In this document: positions 36,839 to 46,710 of the stretch, piece by piece
Layout: each line of letters starts with the position of its first letter
How positions within the stretch are numbered: position 1 is the first letter of the stretch
From: Enterobacterales bacterium
GTDB lineage: Bacteria > Pseudomonadota > Gammaproteobacteria > Enterobacterales > GCA-2746155
Direction of reading: 5' to 3'
Assembly (NCBI GenBank): GCA_047618765.1
Contig: JBLHLI010000001.1
Span: 8,449 to 72,448 of the forward strand
Length of the DNA: 64,000 bases
Notes under the pieces: generated by a model
The model's database searches: none
Told to the model about the DNA's origin: nothing
What the model saw: only the letters and a program-made list of their open reading frames with translations
Program-made: the position numbers and the translations under genes

Positions 36839-39277
36839 ATGAAATATCTTAAGTTTATATTTCCTTTTGCATATTCTTTGAATATGTTTTCCATGACACT
36901 GATAATAATTTTTTTTGGGTTGTTTGGTCAGCCTGAGATGGCGGCAGACGCGGCTATCATTCATGCCGCTACTTTAGTTGCTTTTATGGCATTCTCTGGT
37001 AATGCAAGAAATATTATCCTTAGCCAAGATAAAACCTTAACAGTTAATCAGCTATTAAGATTTCGATTAGTGTTAGTTTTGCCTTTGTCGTGTTTAGCCT
37101 ATTTCTTATGCTACGGAGTTCTAAGGCCAGAAGCTTTCCTTGTTAATGCTTTAATAATAAGGAGGGCGTTGGAATGGTTTGTGGAACTTCAGATAAGTGA
37201 GAGGGAGCTTTGTGATGATATTGCTTATGCAAAAAAATATTCATTAATACAAGGCACATTAATTACTGTTTTATCGGCTTTAATATTTTTTGACGAAATG
37301 TATTTTCTGCAAATAGTATTGAGTATATGGGCATTTAGCCCAGTTTTGTTTTTATATAAATTCATTAAAGGAAATTTTCATATACATGGTAATGGTTTGG
37401 ATGTGTGGAAGCGCATTCTTCCACACTTAGGCTCAAGTTGGATTATTGCTTGTTCGGCGTATATTTTTAGGCTTTTAATTATTCTGCTTGCTGGTAAGGC
37501 TATCGCCGGTGTGCTTTTTTCTGCCTACGCAATTGGCGGAATGATGAATTCGATTTATACCTATTCAGTCGGGCCAAGTATGGCAAGATTATTAAAAGAT
37601 GGAAAGGTAAAAAAGGAAAAAATATACACTTTTCTTGTGATAGCACTTTTAGCTTTTCTAGGTATATTGTTTGTAGCGTATGCATTTTGGATCGAAAGAG
37701 TTTCTATTGCTCAAGCTGATGCCTATTATTTGCCAATTGGTTTGTCATTTATTGGTGGTGCAATAATGATTGTGGCACAAAGGCAGCGTATACATATCTT
37801 ACAATTGGAAAAAAATAGTGTGTTTGTGCCAGATGTAATCGTTAATATTTTAATTATATCTAGTGTTCCATTTAGTTTCTATCTGTTAGGTGTTGATTCA
37901 CTAACAGGTTTGTTTTTGTGGAATGCAATATTGACATTTCTTTTCTATAAAATACCTTCCATAAATGCTGATTGGATAAGGGGTAAGTTTTCAGTGAGTT
38001 GGTCAAGAAAAATATTAATAGTTTTTGATAGAGATGTCATTCAAGCAATCATTTTATTTTTTTTATTAATGCCAATTTTTTTTCAGCTAGACGGCAGTTT
38101 ATTATTTCATAGTAATCAATTAGTCTTTGATCATGGAGGTAGTTTTTCAAAATTACCTTTACCATATTCAATGTTGGCCTGCTTTTTGGGTTTGGTGTTG
38201 ATAAAGTATAATGATAAAAGCGGACTAGAGGCGAGTGTGTTGTTTGCATTCTTTTCATTGATGATGTTCTCTGTTTATGTAACCTCATTTAATAATCAGA
38301 GCGAGCTGTTAAGTAAGATCATCTTTTTAATACAATTTATTTTGCCTGTGTTTGCTTTAATGTTGGGCCGAGCTTATATCAGCCCCCGACATATTATGTT
38401 GACATACCAGAGTGTGTTTCTATTGGTGTTAGCTTTAATTATCCCTTTGCAAGTACTTATTACAGCGCTATATGGTTTTGGAATTTTAGAGTCAAATATG
38501 TCTTTTTTTAGCATATATCAACATTTACAGTATGTTCCAACAGTGTTGGTAGGTGTTTACGCTGTCATTGTTTTGAGCTATAAAGACGAGCCTATATTTA
38601 GATCCGTAGCGCTAATTTTATTGCCGATAGTCTGGGTTTATGCAGTATTCTCGGGTTCTGTAGTAACTTTGTTTCTAATATTTCTTGTTTCGGTGTTCTT
38701 GTTTTTTTCTTTCTCTGATTTTAAAAAATATAACGATTTGTATAAATTTTTTGCAGCGCTAATTTTTTGTACTGGCGTGCTGATATTTAAAGATTCGGTC
38801 TTGAATTTTTTTGCGCATGGAGGTAGCGAGGAAGCTTATATTTTTAAGAAAATGGTATTAGACGAGAATGGCCTTTTCCGTAATGTCAATGAAAGATTAG
38901 ATATATGGCGGGTGGTTTTAGGGGGAGTGTTTGAAAGTGATAAAACTTTTTGGTTCGGTCATTCAGAACGTATGAGTAAGGATGTGGCGAATAGCGCACA
39001 TAACTATTATTTTGATCTTGTTTATCATTTTGGATTTATAGCAATGTTACCACTTTTATCTTTAATTGCTTATACGGTCTATAAATTTATAAGCTTGTTT
39101 GTTAGAGGGCATTTACCTGTTGATATCGTTGGTTTGTCTTTATTTGTGTTTTTCTTGTTGCTGATTGATAACTCACTAAAGGTTGGCCTAAGGCAGCCTT
39201 ATTCAGGTATAGTAAGCTTTTTCCTTTGGGGGCTTTTGTTGTCAAAGTTGAATGAAAAAAGTTATTCTAGAGATTAA
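36839..39277 (+). CDS. 812-aa polytopic membrane protein with C-terminal Wzy_C (O-antigen polymerase/ligase-like) motif; N-terminal half Wzx/MOP-like
   Basis: Hydrophobic throughout. NSAHNYYFDLVYHFGFIAMLPLL in the C-terminal quarter resembles the Wzy_C loop. The N-terminal ~370 aa (LPHLGSSWIIACSAYIFRLLIILLAGKAIAGVLFSAYAIG) is reminiscent of Polysacc_synt_C-type flippase C-terminal halves. Confidence 0.5.
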   Translation: MKYLKFIFPFAYSLNMFSMTLIIIFFGLFGQPEMAADAAIIHAATLVAFMAFSGNARNIILSQDKTLTVNQLLRFRLVLVLPLSCLAYFLCYGVLRPEAFLVNALIIRRALEWFVELQISERELCDDIAYAKKYSLIQGTLITVLSALIFFDEMYFLQIVLSIWAFSPVLFLYKFIKGNFHIHGNGLDVWKRILPHLGSSWIIACSAYIFRLLIILLAGKAIAGVLFSAYAIGGMMNSIYTYSVGPSMARLLKDGKVKKEKIYTFLVIALLAFLGILFVAYAFWIERVSIAQADAYYLPIGLSFIGGAIMIVAQRQRIHILQLEKNSVFVPDVIVNILIISSVPFSFYLLGVDSLTGLFLWNAILTFLFYKIPSINADWIRGKFSVSWSRKILIVFDRDVIQAIILFFLLMPIFFQLDGSLLFHSNQLVFDHGGSFSKLPLPYSMLACFLGLVLIKYNDKSGLEASVLFAFFSLMMFSVYVTSFNNQSELLSKIIFLIQFILPVFALMLGRAYISPRHIMLTYQSVFLLVLALIIPLQVLITALYGFGILESNMSFFSIYQHLQYVPTVLVGVYAVIVLSYKDEPIFRSVALILLPIVWVYAVFSGSVVTLFLIFLVSVFLFFSFSDFKKYNDLYKFFAALIFCTGVLIFKDSVLNFFAHGGSEEAYIFKKMVLDENGLFRNVNERLDIWRVVLGGVFESDKTFWFGHSERMSKDVANSAHNYYFDLVYHFGFIAMLPLLSLIAYTVYKFISLFVRGHLPVDIVGLSLFVFFLLLIDNSLKVGLRQPYSGIVSFFLWGLLLSKLNEKSYSRD

Positions 39278-39280
39278 AAT

Positions 39281-40723
39281 ATGTCAGAATTCACTGAAAG
39301 TAAATTTCAATTAAAAAAATATTTAATGGTGTTTGTTTCTTTGCCTATTATATGTCTTTTTATTATGGGCGTTTTGGAATATCCGGGTGATGTAACCTAT
39401 TATATTATTTTTTCAGTTGTTTCAAATACGCTGTTATATTTTGGGTTTAGAGAGAATGCGATTTTTTTTGATGCATTTATCGGAGTTTTATTATGGCTTG
39501 GATTTTGGCTAAAGTTTTCATTTAGATTGGTGTTCTTAGAAGCCACGTTTAATGATCCGATAGGTATCTTTTCTGGTACGGCTAGTGAGTTTGACTATGC
39601 AATGCTGGTCTGCTCTGTAGGCTTGTTCGCTTTAATCTTGGCTAGTGCGGTGCGGGAAAAGTTTATATTTTGCTATAAGGAAAAAATGTACTTCAATGAA
39701 GATGCTTCATTATTTTTGTTTTACAAAAATAATAGAGTATGCTTATTACTGTTGTTTTTGTTAGTCGTTGTTGTTGTTTCAGCATCTAATTTGTACCTTG
39801 GTATTTACCAGAGAGGCACCATCCCCAAAACTGTTTTGCCGTATGGACTTGGAGGAGTTTATTCATGGTTGTTGCTTTTTGGTCTGTCATCATTCTCGGC
39901 GTTAATAATATGGTATGAATTAATATTGAAGAAAAAAACTATATTTTTAGTGATATTTATAGCCTTAATTGAAAGTTTTTTCTCCTGCGTTTCTTTGCTG
40001 AGTAGGGCCATGGTTATAAATAGTAGCTCACTATTATATGGATATTATAAAACTCTGAGATTAAATAAAATTGTATTTAGTAAGCGTTATTGCGCAATAA
40101 TTTTTTGTGTGTTTTTCATTCTTTTTGCGATATCAGTTTATAGTGTTAACTATATGAGGCTAAATGCGGTAACGAAACTAGCTCCAGGTGAGGTGATGTC
40201 GGAAACAACAAAAGCGACGGAGACTATAAGTAGTGTAAATGTTTTATTGATTGATAGGTGGGTCGGAATTGAAGGTGTTCTAGCTGTTTCGAGTTATAAT
40301 AATAAAGGCTGGGAACTTTGGAATAGAGCTTGGCAAGAAAAGATATTGTACGATAGAGCCAGTATTTATGATGCAGATATTGCTTTACCTCAAAATATAA
40401 ACCCTGATTTTAGTAAGCACCATTTTTTATCTGTACCAGGTGTGATTGCATTTTGGTTTTATCCTGGCTCATTTATGTTTCTTATGTTGGGTATGTTTTG
40501 CTTGGGGCTGGCTGCTGCGCTAATTGAAGTTTCTGTATATTATTTAGGCGGAAAGAATCTAATTTTATGTGCGCTATTGGCTCAGGTCGTGGCTTATCGT
40601 TATGCGCATTTCGGTTATGTACCACAACAGAGCTATTTGTTATTTGGCGCATTATATTTAAATTTGTTCTTGATTTATTTTTCTAATGTGTTTTTCACTT
40701 ATTGGTATAGAAGCAAGTCATGA
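39281..40723 (+). CDS. 480-aa polytopic membrane protein of unknown function
   Basis: Roughly a dozen hydrophobic segments. No recognisable catalytic motif. Tightly packed between the 812-aa membrane protein and the sugar-nucleotide genes. Confidence 0.4.
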   Translation: MSEFTESKFQLKKYLMVFVSLPIICLFIMGVLEYPGDVTYYIIFSVVSNTLLYFGFRENAIFFDAFIGVLLWLGFWLKFSFRLVFLEATFNDPIGIFSGTASEFDYAMLVCSVGLFALILASAVREKFIFCYKEKMYFNEDASLFLFYKNNRVCLLLLFLLVVVVVSASNLYLGIYQRGTIPKTVLPYGLGGVYSWLLLFGLSSFSALIIWYELILKKKTIFLVIFIALIESFFSCVSLLSRAMVINSSSLLYGYYKTLRLNKIVFSKRYCAIIFCVFFILFAISVYSVNYMRLNAVTKLAPGEVMSETTKATETISSVNVLLIDRWVGIEGVLAVSSYNNKGWELWNRAWQEKILYDRASIYDADIALPQNINPDFSKHHFLSVPGVIAFWFYPGSFMFLMLGMFCLGLAAALIEVSVYYLGGKNLILCALLAQVVAYRYAHFGYVPQQSYLLFGALYLNLFLIYFSNVFFTYWYRSKS

Positions 40724-41592
40724 AAATTTTAATATTGGGTGGCTCTGGCATGCTAGGGTTCCAGCTTTTTAAAGAGTGGCGTGAGTCACATACGGTAAGG
40801 CTTACTTTGCGTGGAAGTAAAGAAGATTACCCGACTAATACACTATTAAATGCTGATACTAATTATTTTAATGTTGATGTTTCATTAATTGATTGTTTGA
40901 AGTCAGTACTTAATGATTTTCGTCCAGATGTAGTTGTAAACGCGATTGGTATTACGAAGCAATTAACTGAGACTTTACCTGTTGAAGTCACCAATTATGT
41001 CAATGCCAGATTTCCTCACTTTTTGTCCGATATCTGTGGGCAGCATCAATGTAGATTGATCCATATGAGTAGCGATTGTGTCTTTTCTGGTAAGAAAGGT
41101 GATTATACCGAAGATGACAAACCTGATGCTGAAGACCTATATGGGCAGAGTAAGTATTTGGGAGAGGTGTCTGCTTCTCACGTACTGACCTTACGAAAAT
41201 CAACTATTGGTTTGGAGTTATCTTCGTCCCATGGTTTGATTGAATGGTTCTTGCAGCAGCAGGGTAATGTAAGAGGGTATACAAAAGCAATTTACTCTGG
41301 TTTGATTGCATCTGAGTTGGCGTCAGTCATAGAGAAAGTTTTGCTGGGCTATCCTGGGTTGAATGGAGTTTTTCATGTTGCTAGCCAAGCGATTAGTAAA
41401 TATGATTTATTGCTGAAATTAAGCCAGCATTTGAATCGAAAAGATATTAATATCATCCCTTTTGATGACTTTATATGCGACCGTAGTTTAAATGGCAGTC
41501 GTTTTTCTGAAATAACAGGATATAAAGCCCCTTCTTGGGATGATATGATAGTAAAATTAGCATCTGAAATAAGCAAAAGAGAATCTACATGA
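40720..41592 (+). CDS. RmlD-like 4-reductase (WbvR-like) of an L-6-deoxy-HexNAc pathway
   Basis: MKILILGGSGMLG and YGQSKYLGE (YxxxK). 4-nt overlaps on both sides with the membrane-protein gene and the dehydratase gene. Confidence 0.6.
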   Translation: MKILILGGSGMLGFQLFKEWRESHTVRLTLRGSKEDYPTNTLLNADTNYFNVDVSLIDCLKSVLNDFRPDVVVNAIGITKQLTETLPVEVTNYVNARFPHFLSDICGQHQCRLIHMSSDCVFSGKKGDYTEDDKPDAEDLYGQSKYLGEVSASHVLTLRKSTIGLELSSSHGLIEWFLQQQGNVRGYTKAIYSGLIASELASVIEKVLLGYPGLNGVFHVASQAISKYDLLLKLSQHLNRKDINIIPFDDFICDRSLNGSRFSEITGYKAPSWDDMIVKLASEISKREST

Positions 41593-42650
41593 TCCTAGAT
41601 AAAAAAGTTGTTCTAGTAACTGGTGGTACCGGTTCTATGGGAAAGGTCTTGGTAAGGCGGTTATTGTCGGGTGAGCTTGGCACACCTACTAAAGTCATTG
41701 TCATGTCTCGTGACGAAGGTAAACAGCATGATATGCGCTTAGCATACCTGCATAAAACAGTCACTACAGATGAAGTCATTTATCGTAATTTTCAACAGAC
41801 TTTAGAGTTTCGTATTGGTGATGTTAGAGATTATCACGATGTTTGTTCCGCGGTTAAGAGTGCTGATGTGGTGATTAATGCAGCAGCATTAAAGCAAGTG
41901 CCTACCTGTGAATATTTTCCTGATCAGGCAGTGTTAACCAATTGCATTGGAGGCATGAACATTGTCCGAGCCATTCGAGAAAATGATTATTCTGTAGAGA
42001 CTGTAGTGGGAATTAGTACCGATAAAGCGGCAAAGCCTGTCAATGTCATGGGAATGACTAAGGCGATTCAAGAGCGTATCTTTACATCTGCGAATATTTT
42101 GAGCCCAGAAACCCGCTTCATTTGTGTACGCTATGGCAATGTAATGGCTTCACGCGGTTCAGTGATGCCTTTATTTCTTGATCAGGTTACTAATGGTGGT
42201 CCATTAACAGTGACTGTACCTGGTATGACACGATTCTTATTAACGCTCAATCAAGCCGTTGATACAGTATTTGCAGCATTGGAAACGGCAGAAGCAGGCG
42301 AAATACTAGTGCCAAATGCGCCTGCAGCCACTGTACTTAACCTTGCTAAGGCATTAATTGGCGAGCGTGATATAGAGATAAAAATAACTGGTATTCGACC
42401 TGGCGAGAAAATGCATGAAGTCATGGTGTCGGAGGAAGAGATTCATCATACCGTAAAACGTGGTGATTATTATGCAATAAAAGCAATGTTGCCGGAGTTG
42501 TTAAATGATAACGGAGAAAATATCTTAACTAAAGAATTTAGCTCCGATGATGATGTTTTAGATTTGGAAGGCACTAGAGAGTTATTGAAAAAAAATAATC
42601 TATTGCCTGGTATGGAAATTCTTTCAGAAGGTGGTGAACTATTAACATGA
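41589..42650 (+). CDS. Soluble CapD/FnlA/WbvB/PseB-type UDP-GlcNAc 4,6-dehydratase (5-inverting class)
   Basis: VTGGTGSMGKVL, NAAALKQVPTCEY, STDKAAKPVNVMGMTKA, RYGNVMASRGSV. Confidence 0.75.
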   Translation: MILDKKVVLVTGGTGSMGKVLVRRLLSGELGTPTKVIVMSRDEGKQHDMRLAYLHKTVTTDEVIYRNFQQTLEFRIGDVRDYHDVCSAVKSADVVINAAALKQVPTCEYFPDQAVLTNCIGGMNIVRAIRENDYSVETVVGISTDKAAKPVNVMGMTKAIQERIFTSANILSPETRFICVRYGNVMASRGSVMPLFLDQVTNGGPLTVTVPGMTRFLLTLNQAVDTVFAALETAEAGEILVPNAPAATVLNLAKALIGERDIEIKITGIRPGEKMHEVMVSEEEIHHTVKRGDYYAIKAMLPELLNDNGENILTKEFSSDDDVLDLEGTRELLKKNNLLPGMEILSEGGELLT

Positions 42651-43780
42651 AGAAATTAAAAGTTGCAACTATAGTGGGGACCCGCCCAGAATTAATTAAA
42701 TTGTCACGTGTTATTGCGGAGCTGGACAATACTGTTGAACATATTTTAGTGCATACAGGGCAGAATTATGATGACGAATTGAATAAAATATTTTTTGATG
42801 ATTTAGAAATCCGGCAGCCCGATTATTATCTTGATGCTGCAGGAGAAAATGCTACACAAACTATTGCACAAGTAATAGCAAAATCAGATGATGTGCTGGC
42901 AAAAGAAAAACCAGATGCAGTATTGTTATATGGTGATACTAACAGCTGTATGGCTGCAATAGTGGCTAAGCGTAGGAAGATACCAGTTTTTCATATGGAA
43001 GCAGGAAATCGTTCTTTTGATGAGAGGGTTCCAGAAGAAATTAATCGTCGTATTGTTGATCATATTAGCGACATCAATATGCCCTTAACTGAGCATGCCA
43101 GACGCTATCTATTGGATGAAGGTATAAGACCAGAAACAATTATTAAAACAGGTTCATGCATGCAAGAGGTGCTTGAATATTATGCGCCTAAAATAGATAA
43201 GTCTGATGTTTTGTCTCGATTAAACTTAAAAGATAAACAGTATTTCTTATTAAGTGCACATAGAGAAGAAAATGTAGATTCACCTGAACGTCTTAAAAAT
43301 TTGTTAGAGTCATTGAATACACTAGTTAATGAATATGATATGCCGGTTATATTTTCTGTTCATCCAAGAACACGAAAACAACTTGAACAACTGGGATATG
43401 ATAATATTGATGAAAGGATTAAATTTAATAAAGCATTAGGCTTTCTTGATTACATTAAACTCCAGCAACATGCAAAATGTGTAATTTCTGATAGCGGTAC
43501 AATTGCTGAAGAATCCTCGTTACTTAATTTGCCAGCTGTGACTATCAGGCAAGCACATGAACGGCCTGAGATGGTAGATGAAGGAACGCTGATTATGACT
43601 GACATTGTTCCGGAGAGATTACTTTTAGCCATTAAAACTACTTTACGTCAATATGAGTCTGATGATTATCAGGTTCGACAAGTACAAGACTATCGGGGTG
43701 GCAAGGTATCAATAAAAGTATCACGTACGATCCAAAGCTATACTGACTACATCAATAGAACAGTGTGGAGAAAAGCGTAG
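42647..43780 (+). CDS. Non-hydrolysing UDP-HexNAc 2-epimerase (WecB/FnlC/WbvD type)
   Basis: IVGTRPELIKLSRV and HMEAGNRSFDERVPEEINRRIVDHISD. Confidence 0.8.
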   Translation: MKKLKVATIVGTRPELIKLSRVIAELDNTVEHILVHTGQNYDDELNKIFFDDLEIRQPDYYLDAAGENATQTIAQVIAKSDDVLAKEKPDAVLLYGDTNSCMAAIVAKRRKIPVFHMEAGNRSFDERVPEEINRRIVDHISDINMPLTEHARRYLLDEGIRPETIIKTGSCMQEVLEYYAPKIDKSDVLSRLNLKDKQYFLLSAHREENVDSPERLKNLLESLNTLVNEYDMPVIFSVHPRTRKQLEQLGYDNIDERIKFNKALGFLDYIKLQQHAKCVISDSGTIAEESSLLNLPAVTIRQAHERPEMVDEGTLIMTDIVPERLLLAIKTTLRQYESDDYQVRQVQDYRGGKVSIKVSRTIQSYTDYINRTVWRKA

Positions 43781-43792
43781 CGCTATTATTGT

Positions 43793-45010
43793 ATGAAGAT
43801 AGTTTTTATTTCACAGTGGTATTATCCTGAACCAGATGGCAGGGTCAGTGCTTTAGCTGAGGGCCTTGTTGAAAAAGGGCATGAGGTTACAGTCATTACG
43901 GCTTTTCCAAATTATCCGCAAGGGAAAATATATGATGGTTATAAGGTTTCCCTTTTTCAGCGAGAAGCAATAAATGGCGTGAATGTTATTAGGCTTCCCA
44001 TTTTTGCTGATCATAGTCATTCGGTAATAAAGCGAATGCTCAATTACCTTTCTTTCTTTTTGTCATTATTCTTTCTTGCGCCATGGTTCATTAAAAAAGT
44101 TGATATTTTTTGGAGTTATACTCCTTTTGTTGTTATTCCTACGATTTGGTGTGGTCTGCTATTTAGAAAGCCATATGTGTTAGAAATTACCGATATATGG
44201 CCGGATACTATCAATGAAACCGGAATGATAAATAACAAAAAAATCTTACAGGGGCTTGATCGAGTAGCCCAGATTGGATATCGACACGCTCAAGCAATTA
44301 CCGTTCAAAACCCAGGATTTAAAACCACATTGATTGCTCGGGGTGTAAGCCAAGAAAAAATACACGTCATTGAAAACTGGGCAGATGAAGAGGTTTTTTA
44401 TCCTCTCCCTTATGATAATGAACTTGCAGAAAAGTATGGGCTTGATGGAAAATTCAATATTACTTTTGCGGGTAATATGGGGGTTGCGCAGGATTTATCT
44501 AATATTATAAAAGCAGCAGAAACTTGCCAGAAATACGAAAAAATACAGTTTGTTTTCATTGGCGATGGCGTATGTTTATCCGAGACTAAGCAGCAGGTAC
44601 AAGAAAAAAAATTAAGCAATGTTAAGTTTATAGCAAGGAAGCCATTACAAGACATGGCTGCACTATTTGCAATATCAGACGTTTTGTTGGTGACACTTGC
44701 GGACAAACCCATATTTGAACTTACATTGCCATCGAAAGCTCAGGCCTACATGGCTTGTGAAAAACCCTTATTAATTGCCAAGCGTGGCGATGATATTAAG
44801 TTTTTGAAAGAAGAGGGGTGTGCGGTAATCGTTGAACCTGAAAATTTTAGCCAGTTAGCGGCAGCTGTGTTCCAGCTGTATTCACTCCCTGTAGAGAAAA
44901 GAGATGAAATGGGAAAGAAAAGCCTGAGCTTATATAAGCAAAAGTATACAAAAAATATTTTGTTAAAAAAGATGGAAGCTGTTTTTTTTGATGTGATTAA
45001 TTCCCAATGA
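43793..45010 (+). CDS. GT4 glycosyltransferase, WbuB-like (L-6-deoxy-HexNAc transferase type)
   Basis: MKIVFISQWYYPEP N-terminus typical of the WbuB group. C-terminal GT-B E(x7)E-like region. Directly follows the three sugar-nucleotide genes. Confidence 0.65.
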   Translation: MKIVFISQWYYPEPDGRVSALAEGLVEKGHEVTVITAFPNYPQGKIYDGYKVSLFQREAINGVNVIRLPIFADHSHSVIKRMLNYLSFFLSLFFLAPWFIKKVDIFWSYTPFVVIPTIWCGLLFRKPYVLEITDIWPDTINETGMINNKKILQGLDRVAQIGYRHAQAITVQNPGFKTTLIARGVSQEKIHVIENWADEEVFYPLPYDNELAEKYGLDGKFNITFAGNMGVAQDLSNIIKAAETCQKYEKIQFVFIGDGVCLSETKQQVQEKKLSNVKFIARKPLQDMAALFAISDVLLVTLADKPIFELTLPSKAQAYMACEKPLLIAKRGDDIKFLKEEGCAVIVEPENFSQLAAAVFQLYSLPVEKRDEMGKKSLSLYKQKYTKNILLKKMEAVFFDVINSQ

Positions 45011-46035
45011 CATTCGATAGCTATTCTTTTTTAGGAATTATTTTTTCTCTGGCAGGATTATTAACTGTTATAGGGATTGTATATTACAAGCAGCTTGCTA
45101 ATCGTTTTGGCATAGTGGCAAAAAAGAATTTCAGAACGTTACATGAAGTCGATGTGCCGAGGGGCAGTGGGGTGATTCTTGGTTTAGTGTTTCTTTTTTT
45201 TCTGATTATTTTATGGTGTTTCGCTTATATAAATGACTCTATATTTTCCATTTTACTGATTGGTGGTTTAAGTTCAACGTTGTTTGGTTTGCTTGATGAT
45301 ATTATGGATATCAAAGCGCGTATAAAGTTAATTATACAGTTGCTGCTAAGTGTAATGATATTGTACTCGTTGAATGACAAGTCTAAGCTTATTGTTGAGC
45401 AGTTTTCATTTTTAACAATAATAGGAATTATTCTTTTATTTATTGCTGTTGCTTGGTTTTTGAATCTTGTTAATTTTATGGATGGTGCAGATGGCTTGCT
45501 AGCTACTTGTACCTGCTGCGTTTGTGTAATGCTTTTTGGGCTCTTGTATCTGAATCATTCTGATCTTGATGTTATGATTCTTAGTGGATTGTTGGCGGTG
45601 GTATGTTTAGCTTTCCTCCTTTTTAATTGGCCTCCTGCATCGGTATTTATGGGGGATGCGGGCAGTTTATTTATTGCTTTTGTTCTCGGTGTTTTCATCA
45701 TAAATACAATAGATAAGAGCATCAGCCCTTGGCTTTGGTTGATCATGTTGGGTTATATACTAACTGATACGTGTTTAACATTACTTTTAAGAATAATATT
45801 AGTGAAAAAGTGGTATGGGGCGCATAGAAGCCATGCCTATCAAAATTTTGTCAGAATTCGAGGAGAGCATAAAACTGCATTATATATTATCCTTGCTTAT
45901 CATCTGTTTTGGCTAATGCCGCTATTAGTTTTGGCGAATACTTATCAAACCTATGAAATAGCTTTTGCCTTATTAGCCGTGTTGCCAGTATCTTGCGGGA
46001 CAATAAAATATGGGCCTCTGTTATCCAAGGATTAA
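45007..46035 (+). CDS. WecA/WbpL/MraY-family polyprenyl-phosphate HexNAc-1-phosphate transferase (initiating enzyme)
   Basis: Multi-TM. LLDDIMDI, NLVNFMDGADGL and FMGDAGS motifs of the GT4/MraY superfamily. Confidence 0.8.
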   Translation: MTFDSYSFLGIIFSLAGLLTVIGIVYYKQLANRFGIVAKKNFRTLHEVDVPRGSGVILGLVFLFFLIILWCFAYINDSIFSILLIGGLSSTLFGLLDDIMDIKARIKLIIQLLLSVMILYSLNDKSKLIVEQFSFLTIIGIILLFIAVAWFLNLVNFMDGADGLLATCTCCVCVMLFGLLYLNHSDLDVMILSGLLAVVCLAFLLFNWPPASVFMGDAGSLFIAFVLGVFIINTIDKSISPWLWLIMLGYILTDTCLTLLLRIILVKKWYGAHRSHAYQNFVRIRGEHKTALYIILAYHLFWLMPLLVLANTYQTYEIAFALLAVLPVSCGTIKYGPLLSKD

Positions 46036-46044
46036 AAATATAAT

Positions 46045-46710
46045 ATGAATCCATCTATAAAAAAACTTATTGAACAGGGCGTTAAGATACATGATCCAAA
46101 TAGGTTGGATATTAGAGGTAGTCTTGAATGCGGTGACAATACTGAGATAGATATTAATGTCATATTTGAGGGAAAGGTTGTATTGGGCTCAAATGTTAAG
46201 ATAGGCCCCCACTGTATTATTAAAGATTCCAGCATTGCTGATAATGTAGAAATCAAAGCCTACACGATGATAGAAGAATCAATGATTGGCTCAAATAGCT
46301 TTGCTGGGCCGTATTGTAGGATTCGCCCAGGCACAAAAGTGGGTAATTATGTTCAGTTAGGAAATTTTTTGGAAATTAAAAATACTATAATAGGGGATGG
46401 GTGTCGGATAAATCATATGAGCTTTCTTGGTGATGCTGAGTTAGGTAAAAAAGTCACACTAGGTGCTGGTGTAATTACATGTAATTACGATGGTAAAACG
46501 ACACATGAAACATTAATTAATGACGATGCGTTTGTGGGCTCGGGGACTAACCTTATCGCACCTATAGAGGTTGGCGTGAATGCGACTATTGGCGCAGGTT
46601 CAACGATTACTAAGAATGTTGAGGCTGAGTATTTAACCTTAGCGCGTAGCCGACAACATATAGTAAAGGACTGGCAGGGGCCAAAGGATTTGAATCAGAA
46701 TGATGACTGA
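46045..46710 (+). CDS. Stand-alone GlmU C-terminal-domain homolog (LbH acetyltransferase, no uridyltransferase domain)
   Basis: LGDAELGKKVTLGAGVITCNYDGKTTHETLINDDAFVGSGTNLIAPIEVGVNATIGAGSTITKNV aligns by eye with E. coli GlmU [65 protein letters not shown]. Only 221 aa. Confidence 0.75.
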   Translation: MNPSIKKLIEQGVKIHDPNRLDIRGSLECGDNTEIDINVIFEGKVVLGSNVKIGPHCIIKDSSIADNVEIKAYTMIEESMIGSNSFAGPYCRIRPGTKVGNYVQLGNFLEIKNTIIGDGCRINHMSFLGDAELGKKVTLGAGVITCNYDGKTTHETLINDDAFVGSGTNLIAPIEVGVNATIGAGSTITKNVEAEYLTLARSRQHIVKDWQGPKDLNQNDD

